Source of the DNA: Cyanophora paradoxa CCMP329
Taxonomy: Eukaryota; Plantae; Glaucophyta
Assembly: GCA_004431415.1 (NCBI GenBank)
Contig: QPMI01000496.1
Span: 434,001-498,000, forward strand
Direction: 5' to 3'
DNA: 64,000 nucleotides
A model generated the notes under the pieces. The model was not told where the DNA came from. It saw nothing but the letters and a program-made list of their open reading frames with translations, and did no database searches. The position numbers were made by a program, and so were the translations under genes. Numbering within the stretch: position 1 is the stretch's first letter; each line of letters opens with the position of its first letter. Shown here one piece after another: positions 34,001-46,300 of the stretch.

Positions 34001-36945
34001 CGCGCCGATGTCGGCGTCGAGGTTCGCGTGGACGGAGACGTTCGAGAGCTCGTCGAGGAGGACGGTGAGGAAGAGGACGTTGCGGCACGGCTCGGCCCGC
34101 ACGATGCGCTCGAGGCGCTCGTCGGAGAGGGCGCGCCCCTGCTCGCGGAGCACGCCCTCGACCACCTGCCTCCGCCGGGCCTCCGAGAGGGGCGCGATCT
34201 CGCGGTCCACGTGTGCCCTGGCGGTCGCGGCGTCCAGGGTCGGGCCTGCGCTTCCGCATCAACTCTGTGCCATCGCCGCGAGATGGGATGGCCGGCGACG
34301 GCAGCACCGCGCAGGCTGGAGACGAGGATGCGGAGGCGGGGCCCGGAGGCGGGCGGGAGCCACGCGAGGCCGGTGACGGGCGGGTCGCCCCGCAGCTGGT
34401 CCAGCCCGTCCAGGACGAGGACGACGCGGAAGGGCCAGCAGGTGGCGCCGGTTGCGAGGAAGACGCTCAGGCGGGCCGCCAATTCGGCGTCCATGCCGCG
34501 CAGGTCGACAGCCTCGGCCTTGGGCCAGCGGCCGCGGACCTCCTCGCTGATCCGCCTGCGCATGCCCGGCGGCCGTGAACACGAAGTCCGACAAATAAGC
34601 TTAAGGCTAATCAGACAAAATTGGATAGTTCGATGTGGGCGGACGGTATACGTATGGCCATGGCCGCGGGCCAGGCAGCGCGAACCGAGCGATCGAGGCG
34701 AGCAGTGAGCTGCTCTGGGACCCCCCGATGAAGTGCACGATCACGAGGTCGTCGGGGTGCGACTTTGTCCACTCCCACGCCCAGTTGGCGAGGAGGGCTG
34801 CGCACGCGTCGTCGACCCAATTAACCTCGCGAGGGCCGTAATAGACTGCGGACCGCTCTTGCCGCAGCCGCCGTCCCCGTGCAGCACGAAGAGGTCGGGG
34901 CTCGAGGCCGCCGCGTAGGTGCTCAGGGTGTCTATGTCCTGCGGGTTGCGCACGAAGACGCGCCGCCGCGACGCCGCGAACGCCGCGTGCTGCGCCCGCT
35001 CCGCCTCCAGCCACGGCCGCTCCTTCTCCAGCGGGTGCTCCCTTTCCAGCATCTGAGGCGGCCCCTCCCTCAAAACGCAGGCTGATCATGAGACCGGATG
35101 CGGGGGCGCGGGGGCCGCGCACCGCCTTGAGGGCGTCGCGCATGTCGAGGGCGAGCCGCTGGGCGTCCGGGTACTCGGCAACGCGGAGGCCTGCGGCTCG
35201 GATCTCGCCCTTCAGCGCCTCCAGGCGCTGCTCCGCGAAGGGGCCTTCCCCCGATCCGGGCGCGGCGGGGCGCGCGGCCTGCATGAGGCCCGGGCCAGCC
35301 ATGTAGAACAGCGTTTTGTCCCGCATGGACTGGGAGGCCGCCCGAAGTCATCGCGTGAGGACTCGGAGAGGGGGGTGAGGGGCGGGTGAGGAGGAGCTCG
35401 GGGGGCTGGATGGGTTGGAGAGGGGGGTTGGAGGGCCGGGAGATCTAGATGGGTTGGAGAGAAGGGTTGGAGGGCCGGAGAGAGGGGAGAGGGTTGGAGA
35501 GGGGGTTGAAGAGGTTGAAGGGGTTGAAGAGGGGGGTTGGAGAGGGGGCGCGGGGTGGGGGGGTGGGGGGGGGGGGGGGGGCGGGGGAGGGGGGGCAGGA
35601 GGGGCCCGGAAAGGGGCGGGGGCGGGGGGGCGGGGGGCGGAATTCGAGGGGGTAGAGGGGTAGGGGGATTATGTGCGTGGGAGCAAACCTGGAGGCGCGA
35701 GATCGAAGGAGTGGCTCCTCCCGGCCGCACCGCGCCGCCGAGCACGCCCGCGCGGATCTCTGCGCGCGGCCCCCTGGGCTGAGCGAGCCCGGCGGCCGAG
35801 AGCGGATTCCGCCTCACCGATCTCGGTCACGCTGCGGTCCTGCCACTCCTGCACCCATGGGAACTCTTCCCCGGCGCGCCCCAAGTTCCTGCGTGGGCTC
35901 GCGATCGTGTGCGTTCGCATGGCCAGTCCGACGGTCGACGCGTACGACTCTATATTTTAGGATCCGAAGAAATAGAGACGCACAGGCGAAAGAGAGCGTT
36001 GTCCTTGTCATCGGCAGGGGCGTCGGGCCGCAGGTGCCAGCCGTACCGAGCCTGCGTCACGTCGCCGAGTCGTTGCCCAGAATCACTTAGTCAGAATGGG
36101 CACTGCGGCAATTGCCACTTCAGGCTTCATAATAAATTATATACTACCTTGAGCAAGCCGACGAAGTGCGTGCTCCGATCCACCTCCCGCAGGCACAACA
36201 GGGTCACCAGGCCCGCCTGGCACGCCTCCTCGTTGATGCCCCACCTGCGGCCGCGCTCTGAATCAAACCTCAAGCTCGCGATCGGCACAGCAGGCGCGCG
36301 CGCATGCGGGCCTGAGGTCGACGCAGTGGAAGAAAAGCCCGCGCTCCGCGCACATCGCCTTCAGCGTCGGGTTCACGAAGCTGCGAATGGCATCCCTCTC
36401 CGCCTGCATGTCCTCTGCAGCCGCGGTTCGTGATTAGCCTTAGTGTACGTACGCGTACTAGTGGGGGGCGCCGGCTGCGCGGCACGCGTACGCCGCATGC
36501 GCGGGCGGTCCGCGCGCGGGGACGTTAACGTTGTTGATTAATATATTCGGTATATATTCCGCTCGGGCGCGCGGCCGGGCGCACGGAAGGTCGAGGAGAC
36601 GAAGATGCGCACGACGCGCTTCTGCGCCAGCAAAGCGTCGCGGCGCGCAGCCGATGGAGCCACGGCTGCAGCTGGCGCCGCGGCGATCGTGCGCTTGGCT
36701 TCGGCCCCGGTCGCGGGGGCCAGAGAAGCAGTCGGCCGCGCAGCTGGCCCCGCGGCGGCCGCGGCGGCCGGGCCCGCGGCGGACCTCGGGGGGTCCCCGC
36801 GGCCGGATCTTAGGCCTGCAGCTGCCCCGCTTGCATGCGAATTCGGCGGGCGTTCAAATTCGGGGACCAGCACCACTTCCTGAATCTTCGAGACACTCTG
36901 GGGAGCCCCCAGGCCCGCGCTCCCTCGAGAACCGCAGCAGCCCAT
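31084..36945 (-). CDS. DUF4062-NACHT-TPR (nephrocystin-3/NLR-like) protein, multi-exon; possibly damaged between the NTPase and the TPRs
   Basis: MGCCGS start. DUF4062 motifs RIFVSSTF/EDMQAERDAI...VDLR/WGI...RYGW...SVTEIE. Walker A HGDGGCGKS/ALLANW, VHFIGGS; Walker B LVLDGLDQL...WLP; NVLFL. About 12 TPRs of the EALR..KKALGPEHPDVA...QNLA..L..QGDY type. Stop at 31084-31086. Confidence 0.85.
33629..33757 (+). repeat. 129-bp copy of 35894-36022 (an exon end + intron of the same gene)
   Basis: Identical sequence TGGGCTCGCGATC...CGGCAGGGGCG at both sites. Confidence 0.92.
35355..35670 (+). repeat. G-rich low-complexity intronic tract (GGGTTGGAGA-like units and G runs)
   Basis: Seen directly; lies between coding exons of the NACHT-TPR gene. 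Confidence 0.75.
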
Positions 36946-37331
36946 CGGCGAGCAGCTGCAGCTCCTTTGGCACTCCCGCGGCCGGCAAGCAAGTTGAAGC
37001 AACTACGCCGCTGCTGCTGGCACTGCCTGGCAGTCCACTGGGCCAGATGAGACTGGATCTGGGGATTCTAGATCTGGGCAGACATCGACTGGGCTACGCG
37101 CACATGTGCATGCATGATGCATCATGGCATGTGTAGTAGTCATTGTGTACACTGTACATGTCATGATATCGATATACTATGATGATATGCGGGCAGCAGC
37201 CGCTGCCAGGCGCTGACTCACACAGTGTCAGAGTCAGTGAGCGGTGCCACACAGGCCCACACTGCCACCGTGCCAGCGCCGCGCCGCCTGCGCCGGCGCC
37301 GGCCCAGCCTGGCAGCGCCGCCAAATTAATA

Positions 37332-37572
37332 CTGTAAAACGAGAAATGTCCGGCGTCACTTTATTTCGGCAAAACCTGAAAAATGCGCCGGAACTGTGGT
37401 TCATCGGCATCATATTTTCGGCAACACAGCCAGTCCGCCTAGGTGACGGGTACATTGATCCTTCTTTCGCCATACATTTGCACAGTTCTGGCAGTTTCAA
37501 GTATTCGGCACCGCGAGGCTATGCCGAAAAGCGCCGAATATTAAGTGCCGCCGGACATTTCTCGTTTTACAG
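37332..37572. mobile_element. Tc1/mariner-type MITE (241 bp) with TA target duplication
   Basis: TA|CTGTAAAACGAGAAATGTCCGGCG...CGCCGGACATTTCTCGTTTTACAG|TA. The TIR is perfect for 24 bp and extends imperfectly to about 40 bp. No coding capacity. Confidence 0.88.
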
Positions 37573-39529
37573 TATTGGGCGCCAATGGCCCGCCATGCAG
37601 CGGCCCTGGCCCCTGGCGCATGCGCATGGGCCGGCATGGCAGGCTTTTGGCAGCGGGCTTGGTGAGCCTTGGACCCTTGGTCCGACGGACTCCGAGTCTC
37701 CGAGTCGCCGTCGACTCTCCGAGTCGAGACTCCGACCGTCGGACACGTACGCCGCGTGATCGGACGGTCACAGGCTCACAGCTGCAGGCTAGCGCTCACA
37801 GCCTTGGTGCCAAGTTACACTGCCAACACCGCCACTGTCCGCCAGTGGCACCAGTGCTACCACTGGCCAGTGGGCCAGTAACTTTAGTAACCGGGCCCTA
37901 CCGCAGGCTACCCGGTGTGACCGGGCCGTAACCGGCCGCGGCCGCGGGGGCGCTAGTAACCGCCCGACCGCTCCAGGCCGCGGACCAGGCGGGGTACCCC
38001 CGGTTCTAGTCCCACGAGTAGGATGATACTTGGATCATGAGTCATTCACGAGTCACGACTCGGAGGAGACGCCGAGACGGTCTCTGACGGTCAAATCCGA
38101 TGATTGCCGACTTTCCTTCAGAGGATCGTAATTAACTCATCATTGAGTCATCAACGATCCGGAAGTGTTGCTAGTAACTTGCCATGATTGACTCAGTGAC
38201 CCTTGGCCCTTTTTTTCTTTTTTAGCTTGGGCTGGAAAGAAAAAATCGGACGTCGACGAAACTTCGGTTACCGGCGACTTACCACGGCCGTCGCATTCCG
38301 GTAAGCTGGCGGTATAGGGGGTAGCCTCGCAGGAACGTTCACCCCGACAGCTTCGGCGACAAGTTTGGCAACTACAAGCTCTCTCAGAGTCTTCTCCCAT
38401 CCGATGATCCGCTCCGAGGCTCGCCCCGCGCCGAGCCGGCGCCCTGAAGGCTGGTAGGCTGGCTCAGCCTGGCAGTGATCATCGGATCCCTGCAGAATAC
38501 CGGTAATTTAATTCGAGTATCGAATCACTACTATCGATATCCCTACTGGCATGGGCCTCGGGCTCCCCTCGCGCCGACATTCGTACGTCCACGTATAATG
38601 ACAGCTCATTATGGCATGATAAATTTAAAGGGAACTTCAAGGCTTTTTGCCAGGCTGAAGCTGCAGCCATGCGCACGCCGCTGCGCATGCGCCTGATCGA
38701 TTTGGTACAGGCTCGTGATCCGCCGCTGCGCCTGCATGCAGCTGATTGATTTGGTACAGGCCCTAGGCCTGAGGCTCGTTACGGTGTATACGGACTTACA
38801 CACGCATACGTATGTATACGCGTATACGTTGTAATGCAAGCATATGCATCGCGGGCCGGCGTGCTGCGCCGCCTGCGCGCCCTGGCGCCGGCCTACGTGC
38901 ACGCATACATCATGGCGCCGGCATGGCCATGTGCATGGCCCTTCACTAAAGCTGCTGCCGCTAAGCTGCTAGCCCCAGCGCTAGCTGCACTGCGGCAGCC
39001 TGCAGCTGCATGCGCATGCAATATTAATAAAGGGAATTCGAACTTAGAATTCGAAAGCTGCGCACGCGTACGTTCTACGGTACATGTACAATTGCAAGTG
39101 CTCTGGATAAAGTGAACTTAGCAAAGCGCTGCACGCGCTTCGCAGTGCGCAGCAATACTAGTCTGCGCTGGTACAGGCTCAGGATAAAGGGATCCGGATC
39201 GACGCGCTAGCGTTCGCTAGCCTAACTTAAAAAAGCTTGTCACAATATGAAGGGTTTTTTCCCCCGCAAGTTCCCCGTACGTCACGGTCTTAAGCTTGAA
39301 TATTACCGGTAATATTAATCCGACGTACATTATACGGTATACATACACGTACAGACGGTACAGCCCCGGCCCTTAATTAATTAATCAATACATGCTAGCA
39401 CTCGAAGAAAAAAGGGGTCAATTAAGGGACTCAAGCTAGGGTCAATAATGGCAATTGCAAATTACTTTCGCTCGAGCTCCGTTAAAATTCACCCTTCACC
39501 GCGCGCCCGCGCCGGCCCCGGGCCGCGGC

Positions 39530-39845
39530 TCGGGATTTGCGCTCTCAATGCGTAAATCGAGTTTTGCGCCGACTGAATGCGAGTAAAGAAGACCGTAGCC
39601 GAACGCCAGGCACGAAAGAGCTGAGCGACTCGCTAGCCGCAGAGCGGCGCGAGGCGAGCACGGGATGAGCAGCAGGCGGCAGCGAGCGCCCCGCAAGGGA
39701 CTAGCTGAGCTAGCCGTTGGGCCGAGCCGGCGGGCTTGAAGCCGCCGAGCTCCGGGGGGTACGCTGATTCGGGGTTTCCCTTCACGCCCTGCTTCGCTCG
39801 CGGCCGCTCCAGGCCACGAAGCGACCAGCGGCGAAGCGAAATCGC
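39530..39845 (+). repeat. Repeat A1 (second copy at 49894-50206)
   Basis: TCGGGATTTGCGCTCTCAATG...GCGAAGCGAAATCGC at both sites. Confidence 0.93.
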
Positions 39846-40465
39846 CACAGCCAGCACAGCAATCACTCCTAAACAGCCCTGTCGGACCGGCGGCCGCACA
39901 TCTCGGCCGTCCCTCCTATTGCACGGAGCCGACCCAACTCTGCAGCACCATGGCTAGCTGCAGTGGAGCGTGATCCCGCGGCAGCAACTGTGAAGCAGTT
40001 CTGCCTCGTTGGCTGGCCGGAGCAAACCCTGTTCCCAGCGATCCTCCCGGAATCGGCCCCGGGCCCCGATTCACGCTTGAATCTGGTGCCTTACTGCCGT
40101 GCCGGTACGTGGATTCACGTCCGGGCCCGCCCGCCACGCTCGCATCCAGCGCGCGCTGGCTATCCCGGGGGCCCACCGTCAGTCCGCGGCCGCCGGCTTG
40201 CCTATACACTCTATAAGCGTGTATTGAGACCCGCCGCGCGATTCCTCCGGATCCCTGACCATTCCCTGCGCGCATGATCCGGGAGCTCCTCGGCGCTCGA
40301 ACCGGACGCCGCCGCCGCGCCACGCCGGCGGAGCTCGCGCAGGAACGCCCCGGCCTGCTGGCGCTCGCGCTGCAGGCCCACCGCACCGTCGGGGCTTGGA
40401 TCGTGCCTTACGCGTGATCCACCGACGGACGGTGCCCGGCCGCCCGCGCGGCTCGGGGTGGCGAC

Positions 40466-42645
40466 GGAGTACGGTTCTCGCTGGCGCCTCGCTGCGAGTC
40501 GGCCCGCTGGCGCCTCGCTGCGGGCCCCGTCCTCGGAGTTCCGGGACCGCTGGCGCGGCGCGCCGCGGTCCCGGCCTGCCCCGCAGGCCCCGCCGCGCCC
40601 GCGGCCGGCGAGCTCCACCCCGGAGTACGGCCTCGCTGGCGGAACCGCTGCGAGATGGCCCGCTGGCGCGTCGCGCTGCGGGCCCGTCCTCGGAGTTCCG
40701 GGACCGCTGGCGCGGCGCGCCGCGGTCCCGGCCTGCCCCGCAGGCCCCGGCCGCGCCCGCGGCCGGCGAGCTCCACCCCGGAGTACGGCCTCGCTGGCGG
40801 AACCGCTGCGAGATGGCCCGCTGGCGCGTCGCGCTGCGGGCCCCGTCCTCGGAGTTCCGGGGACCGCTGGCGCGGCGCGCCGCGGTCCCGGCCTGCCCCG
40901 CAGGCCCCGGCCGCGCCCGCGGCCGGCGAGCTCCACCCCGGAGTACGGCCTCGCTGGCGGAACCGCTGCGAGATGGCCCGCTAGCGCGTCGCGCTGCGGG
41001 CCCCGTCCTCGGAGTTCCGGGGACCGCTGGCGCGGCGCGCCGCGGCCCCGGCCTGCCCCGCAGGCCCCGGCCGCGCCCGCGGCCGGCGAGCTCCACCCCG
41101 GAGTACGGCCTCGCTGGCGGAACCGCTGCGAGATGGCCCGCTGGCGCGTCGCGCTGCGGGCCCCGTGCTCGGAGTTCCGGGGACCGCTGGCGCGGCGCGC
41201 CGCGGTCCCGGCCTGCCCCGCAGGCCCCGGCCGCGCCCACGGCCGGCGAGCTCCACCCCGGAGTACGGCCTCGCTGGCGGAACCGCTGCGAGATGGCCCG
41301 CTGGCGCGTCGCGCTGCGGGCCCCGTGCTCGGAGCTCCGGGGACCGCTGGCGCGGCGCGCCGCGGTCCCGCCCTGCCCCGCAGGCCCCGGCCGCGCCCGC
41401 GGCCGGCGAGCTCCTCCCCGGAGTACGGCCTCGCTGGCGGAACCGCTGCGAGATGGCCCGCTGGCGCGTCGCGCTGCGGGCCCCGTGCTCGGAGTTCCGG
41501 GACCGCTGGCGCGGCGCGCCGCGGTCCCGGCCTGCCCCGCAGGCCCCGGCCGCGCCCGCGGCCGGCGAGCTCCACCCCGGAGTACGGCCTCGCTGGCGGA
41601 ACCGCTGCGAGATGGCCCGCTGGCGCGTCGCGCTGCGGGCCCCGTGCTCGGAGTTCCGGGGACCGCTGGCGCGGCGCGCCGCGGTCCCGGCCTGCCCCGC
41701 AGGCCCCGGCCGCGCCCGCGGCCGGCGAGCTCCACCCCGGAGTACGGCCTCGCTGGCGGAACCGCTGCGAGATGGCCCGCTGGCGCGTCGCGCTGCGGGC
41801 CCCGTCCTCGGAGTTCCGGGGACCGCTGGCGCGGCGCGCCGCGGCCCCGGCCTGCCCCGCAGGCCCCGGCCGCGCCCGCGGCCGGCGAGCTCCACCCCGG
41901 AGTACGGCCTCGCTGGCGGAACCGCTGCGAGATGGCCCGCTGGCGCGTCGCGCTGCGGGCCCCGTGCTCGGAGTTCCGGGGACCGCTGGCGCGGCGCGCC
42001 GCGGTCCCGGCCTGCCCCGCAGGCCCGGCCGCGCCCACGGCCGGCGAGCTCCACCCCGGAGTACGGCCTCGCTGGCGGAACCGCTGCGAGATGGCCCGCT
42101 GCGCGTCGCGCTGCGGGCCCCGTGCTCGGAGCTCCGGGGACCGCTGGCGCGGCGCGCCGCGGTCCCGCCCTGCCCCGCAGGCCCCGGCCGCGCCCGCGGC
42201 CGGCGAGCTCCTCCCCGGAGTACGGCCTCGCTGGCGGAACCGCTGCGAGATGGCCCGCTGGCGCGTCGCGCTGCGGGCCCCGTGCTCGGAGTTCCGGGGA
42301 CCGCTGGCGCGGCGCGCCGCGGTCCCGGCCTGCCCCGCAGGCCCGGCCGCGCCCGCGGCCGGCGAGCTCCACCCCGGAGTACGGCCTCGCTGGCGGAACC
42401 GCTGCGAGATGGCCCGCTGGCGCGTCGCGCTGCGGGCCCCGTCCTCGGAGTTCCGGGGACCGCTGGCGCGGCGCGCCGCGGCCCCGGCCTGCCCGCAGGC
42501 CCCCGGCCGCGCCCGCGGCCGGCGAGCTCCACCCGGAGTACGGCCTCGCTGGCGGAACCGCTGCGAGATGGCCCGCTGGCGCTCGCCGCTGCGGGCCCCG
42601 TCCTCGGATCTAGTTCCGGGGAGTCGGGGACCGCTGGCGCGTCGC
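40466..42645. repeat. GC-rich tandem array, about 160-bp unit, 13-14 copies, highly homogeneous
   Basis: AACCGCTGCGAGATGG recurs at 40643, 40801, 40961, 41121, 41281, 41441, 41600, 41760, 41920, 42079, 42238, 42397 and 42556. Confidence 0.95.
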
Positions 42646-43359
42646 TCTACAGGCCCCGCGGCCGCACTCCGTCGGAGTGCCCGCTGCGCATGCAGCCTCG
42701 CGATCGATCGCGATCGCAGAGTGTTTTTGTTTTTTGTTTGTCTGTGGTCGATTTTAGTCAATTCAATGGTTGACTCGACCTAAAAACAAAACAAAAACAA
42801 AAAACAACAAACGTCCCGGCCGGACCGGCGGACCCGCGAGGGCGCGATTCCGCGCGAACCCGCGGGCCGCGGGCCCGCGGCGCCGGCGGCCGCGGCCGCG
42901 CGCGCGCGCGCGCCGCGCCGGCGGCCCGGCGCGCGGTCTCCGAGGCTCGCTAGTAGTCGCTACCGGTAGGCTGCGGCGGTAGCTACCTGGCTGGTGCTTC
43001 CGGGCGCTTCCGCGCTCAGAATCCGCTGCCGCAGGCCTATCGCTAGGCCCGCAGCGCGCATCAGCAGCGCCGCGGCGCATCGCCGCATGCCATGCCCGGC
43101 TGCACGTAAGCTAGTCCCCAGTACTACTAGTAGTACTGCAGCTCCCGAGCGCGTGCGAGTCAGCCCGGCCTCAGCCTCCGCCGCGGCGCCCGACACCGCA
43201 GCCGCTGAGCTGCAGCTGCAACTGCCAGGCTGGCGCTTCCGCTGCCGCAGTGCTGTCGCTGGCGCGTGGCGCTGCGGACTACAGCCCTCGCTGGCGCTCC
43301 AGATCTCGCTGCGAGTCGGCCCGCTGGCGACCTTCCGCGCATCCGCGCCGCGCCGTCGC

Positions 43360-46300
43360 GCGCCCCACGCCGCCGCTCGACCCGCCGCCGCCGCATACTC
43401 TGCTTGCGCAGGACGGGCCGGCCGCTGGCTCGACCGCAGCGCTCTCCGGCGGGAGCCTGGGCTCCACCTCCACGGCTCCGCCCCGAGGCCCGAAAGCGAC
43501 CTCGCGCGGCCCCGCGCCGCCGCTCGACCGCCACCGCCGCCTGACCTGCTTGCGCAGGGCAGGCCGGCCGCGGGCTCGCCTGCAGCGCCCTCCGGCTGGA
43601 GCCCCTTGGGCTCCACCTCCGCCCCGAGGTCCGTAGCGACCTCGCGCGGCCCCGCGCCGCCGCTTTACCCGCCGCCGCCGCATAACCTGCTTGCGCAGGG
43701 CAGGCCGGCCGCTGGCTCGCATGCTGCGCTCCCCGGCTGGAGCCCAAGGCTCCACCTCCGCCCCGAGGTCTGCAGCGACCTCGCGCGGCCCGGCAACGCC
43801 GCTCGGCTCGCCGCCTCCGCCTGACCTGCTGGCGCAGGGCGGGCCGGCCGCTGGTTCGCAGGCAGCGCTCTCCGGCTGGAGTCCAGGGCGCCACCTCCGC
43901 CCCGAGGTCCGTCACGGCCTCGCGCGGCCCCGCACCGCCGCTCGACCCGCCGCCGCCGCATGACCTGCTTGCGCAGGGCAGGCCGGCCGCTGGCTCGCAT
44001 ACCGCGGTCCCCGGCTGGAGCCCAGGGCTCCACCTCCACCCCCAGGCCGTCACGGCCTCGCGCGGCCCCGCGCCGCCGCTCGACCCGCCGCCGCCGCAGA
44101 ACCTGCTTGCGCAGGGCGGGCCGGCCGCTGGCTCGCATGCAGCGCTCCCCGGCTGGAGCCCAGGGCGCCACCTCCGCCCCGAGGTCCGTCACGGCCTCGC
44201 GCAGCCCCGCGCTGCCGCTCGACCCGCCGCCGCCGCAGAACCTGCTTGCGCAGGGCGGGCCGGCCGCTGGCTCGCATGCAGCGCTCCCCGGCTGGAGCCC
44301 AGGGCGCCACCTCCGCCCCGAGGTCCGTCACGGCCTCGCGCAGCCCCGCGCTGCCGCTCGACCCGCCGCCGCCGCAGAACCTGCTTGCGCAGGGCGGGCC
44401 GGCCGCTGGCTCGCATGCAGCGCTCCCCGGCTGGAGCCCAAGGCTCCACCTCCACCCCGAGGCCGTCACGGCCTCGCGCGGCCCCGCGCCGCCGCTCGAC
44501 CCGCCGCCGCCGCAGAACCTGCTTGCGCAGGGCGGGCCGGCCGCTGGCTCGCAGGCAGCGCTCCCCGGCTGGAGCCCAGGGCTCCACCTTCAACCCGAGG
44601 CCTGTCAAGGCCTCGCGCGGCCCCGCGCTGCCGCTCGACCCGTCGCCGCCGCATAACCTGCTGGCGCGGGGCGGGCCGGCCGCTGGCTCGCAGGCAGCAC
44701 TCCCCGGCTCGAGCCCAGGGCTCCACCTCCGCCCCGAGGGCGGGCCGGCCGCTTCCTCACCTGCGGCACTCCCCGGCTGGAGCCCAGGGCTCCACCTCCA
44801 CCCCGAGGTCCGTCACGGCCTCGCGCGGCCCGACGCTGCCGATAAGCTCGCCACAGCCGCCTGACTCAGTGAATCACTGGCGCAGGGCGGGCCGGCCGCT
44901 GAAGCACCCGCCACATTCCCCTGCTGGAGCTCAAGGCTTCACCGCCTCCCGAGGTCTGCAGCGGCCTCGCGCGGCCCCGCGCCGCCACTCGCCCGCCGCC
45001 CACGACCGCCGCATAACCTGCTGGCGCAGGGCGGGCCGACCGCTGGCTCACCTGCCGCGCTCCCCGGCTGGAGCCCAGGGCTCCATCTCCGCCCCGAGGT
45101 CCGTCACGGCCTCACGTGGCCCCGCGCTACCTCGACCCGCCGCCACCGCATAACCTGCTCGCGCAGGGCGGGCCGGCCGCTGGCTCACCTGCCGCGCCCC
45201 CCGGCTGGAGCCCAGGGCTCCACCTCCGCCCGAGGTCCGTCCCGGCCTCACGCGGCCCGCGCTGCCGCTCGACCCGCCGCCGCCGCATGACCTGCTGGCG
45301 CGGGGCGGGCCGGCCGCTGGCTCGCAGGCAGCGCGCCCCGGCTGGAGCCCAGGGATCCACCCCCGCCCCGAGGTCCGTCACGGCCTCGCGCGGCCCCGCG
45401 CTGCCGCTCGACCCGCCGCCGCCGCATAACCTGCTTGCGCAGGGCGGGCCGGCCGCTGGCTCGACCGCGGCGCTCTCCGGCTGGAGCCCAGGGCTCCACC
45501 TCCGCCCCGAGGTCCGTCACGGCCTCGCGCGGCCCCGCGCCGCCGCTCGACCCGCCGCCGCCGCAGAACCTGCTTGCGCAGGGCGGGCCGGCCGCTGGCT
45601 CGCATGCCGCGCTCCCCGGCTGGAGCCCAGGGCGCCACCTCCGCCCCGAGGTCCGTCACGGCCTCGCGCAGCCCCGCGCTGCCGCTCGACCCGCCGCCGC
45701 CGCGTACCCTGCTTGCGCAGGGCGGGCCGGCCGCTTGCTCGCAAGCAGCGCTCCCCGGCTGGAGCCCAGGGCTCCACCTCCACCCCGAGGTCCGTCACGG
45801 CTTCGCTCGGCCCCGCGCTGCCGCTCGACCCGCCGCCGCCGCTTATCCTGCTTGCGCAGGGCGGGCCGGCCGCTGGCTCGCATGCAGCGCTCCCCGGCTG
45901 GAGCCCAGGGCTCCACCTCCGCCCCGAGGTCCGTCACAACTTCGCGCGGCCCGCGCCGCCGCTCGACCCGCCGCCGCCGCATAACCTGCTGGCGCGGGCG
46001 GGCCGACCGCTGGCTCGCAGGGAGCGCTCCCTGGCTCGAGCCCAGGGCGCCACCTCCGCCCCGAGGCCTGTCAAAGCCTCGCGCGGCCCCGCGCTGCCGC
46101 TCGACCCGCCGCCGCCGCATAACCTGCCTGCGCAGGGCAGGCCGCTGGCTCGCATGCAGCGCCCCCTGGCTGGAGCCCAGGACTCCGCCTTCGCCCCGAG
46201 GTCCGTCACGGCTTCGCGCGGCCCCACGCTGCCGCTCGACTCGCCGCCGCCGCATACCCTGCCTGCGCAGGGCGGGCCGGCCGCTGGCTCGCATGCAGCG

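Noticed and set aside
35355-35670. Interstitial telomeric repeat
   Set aside because: Units are irregular (GGGTTGGAGA, GGGTTGAAGA, G runs), not a fixed telomere unit. Similar G tracts occur in other introns at 54-63 kb.
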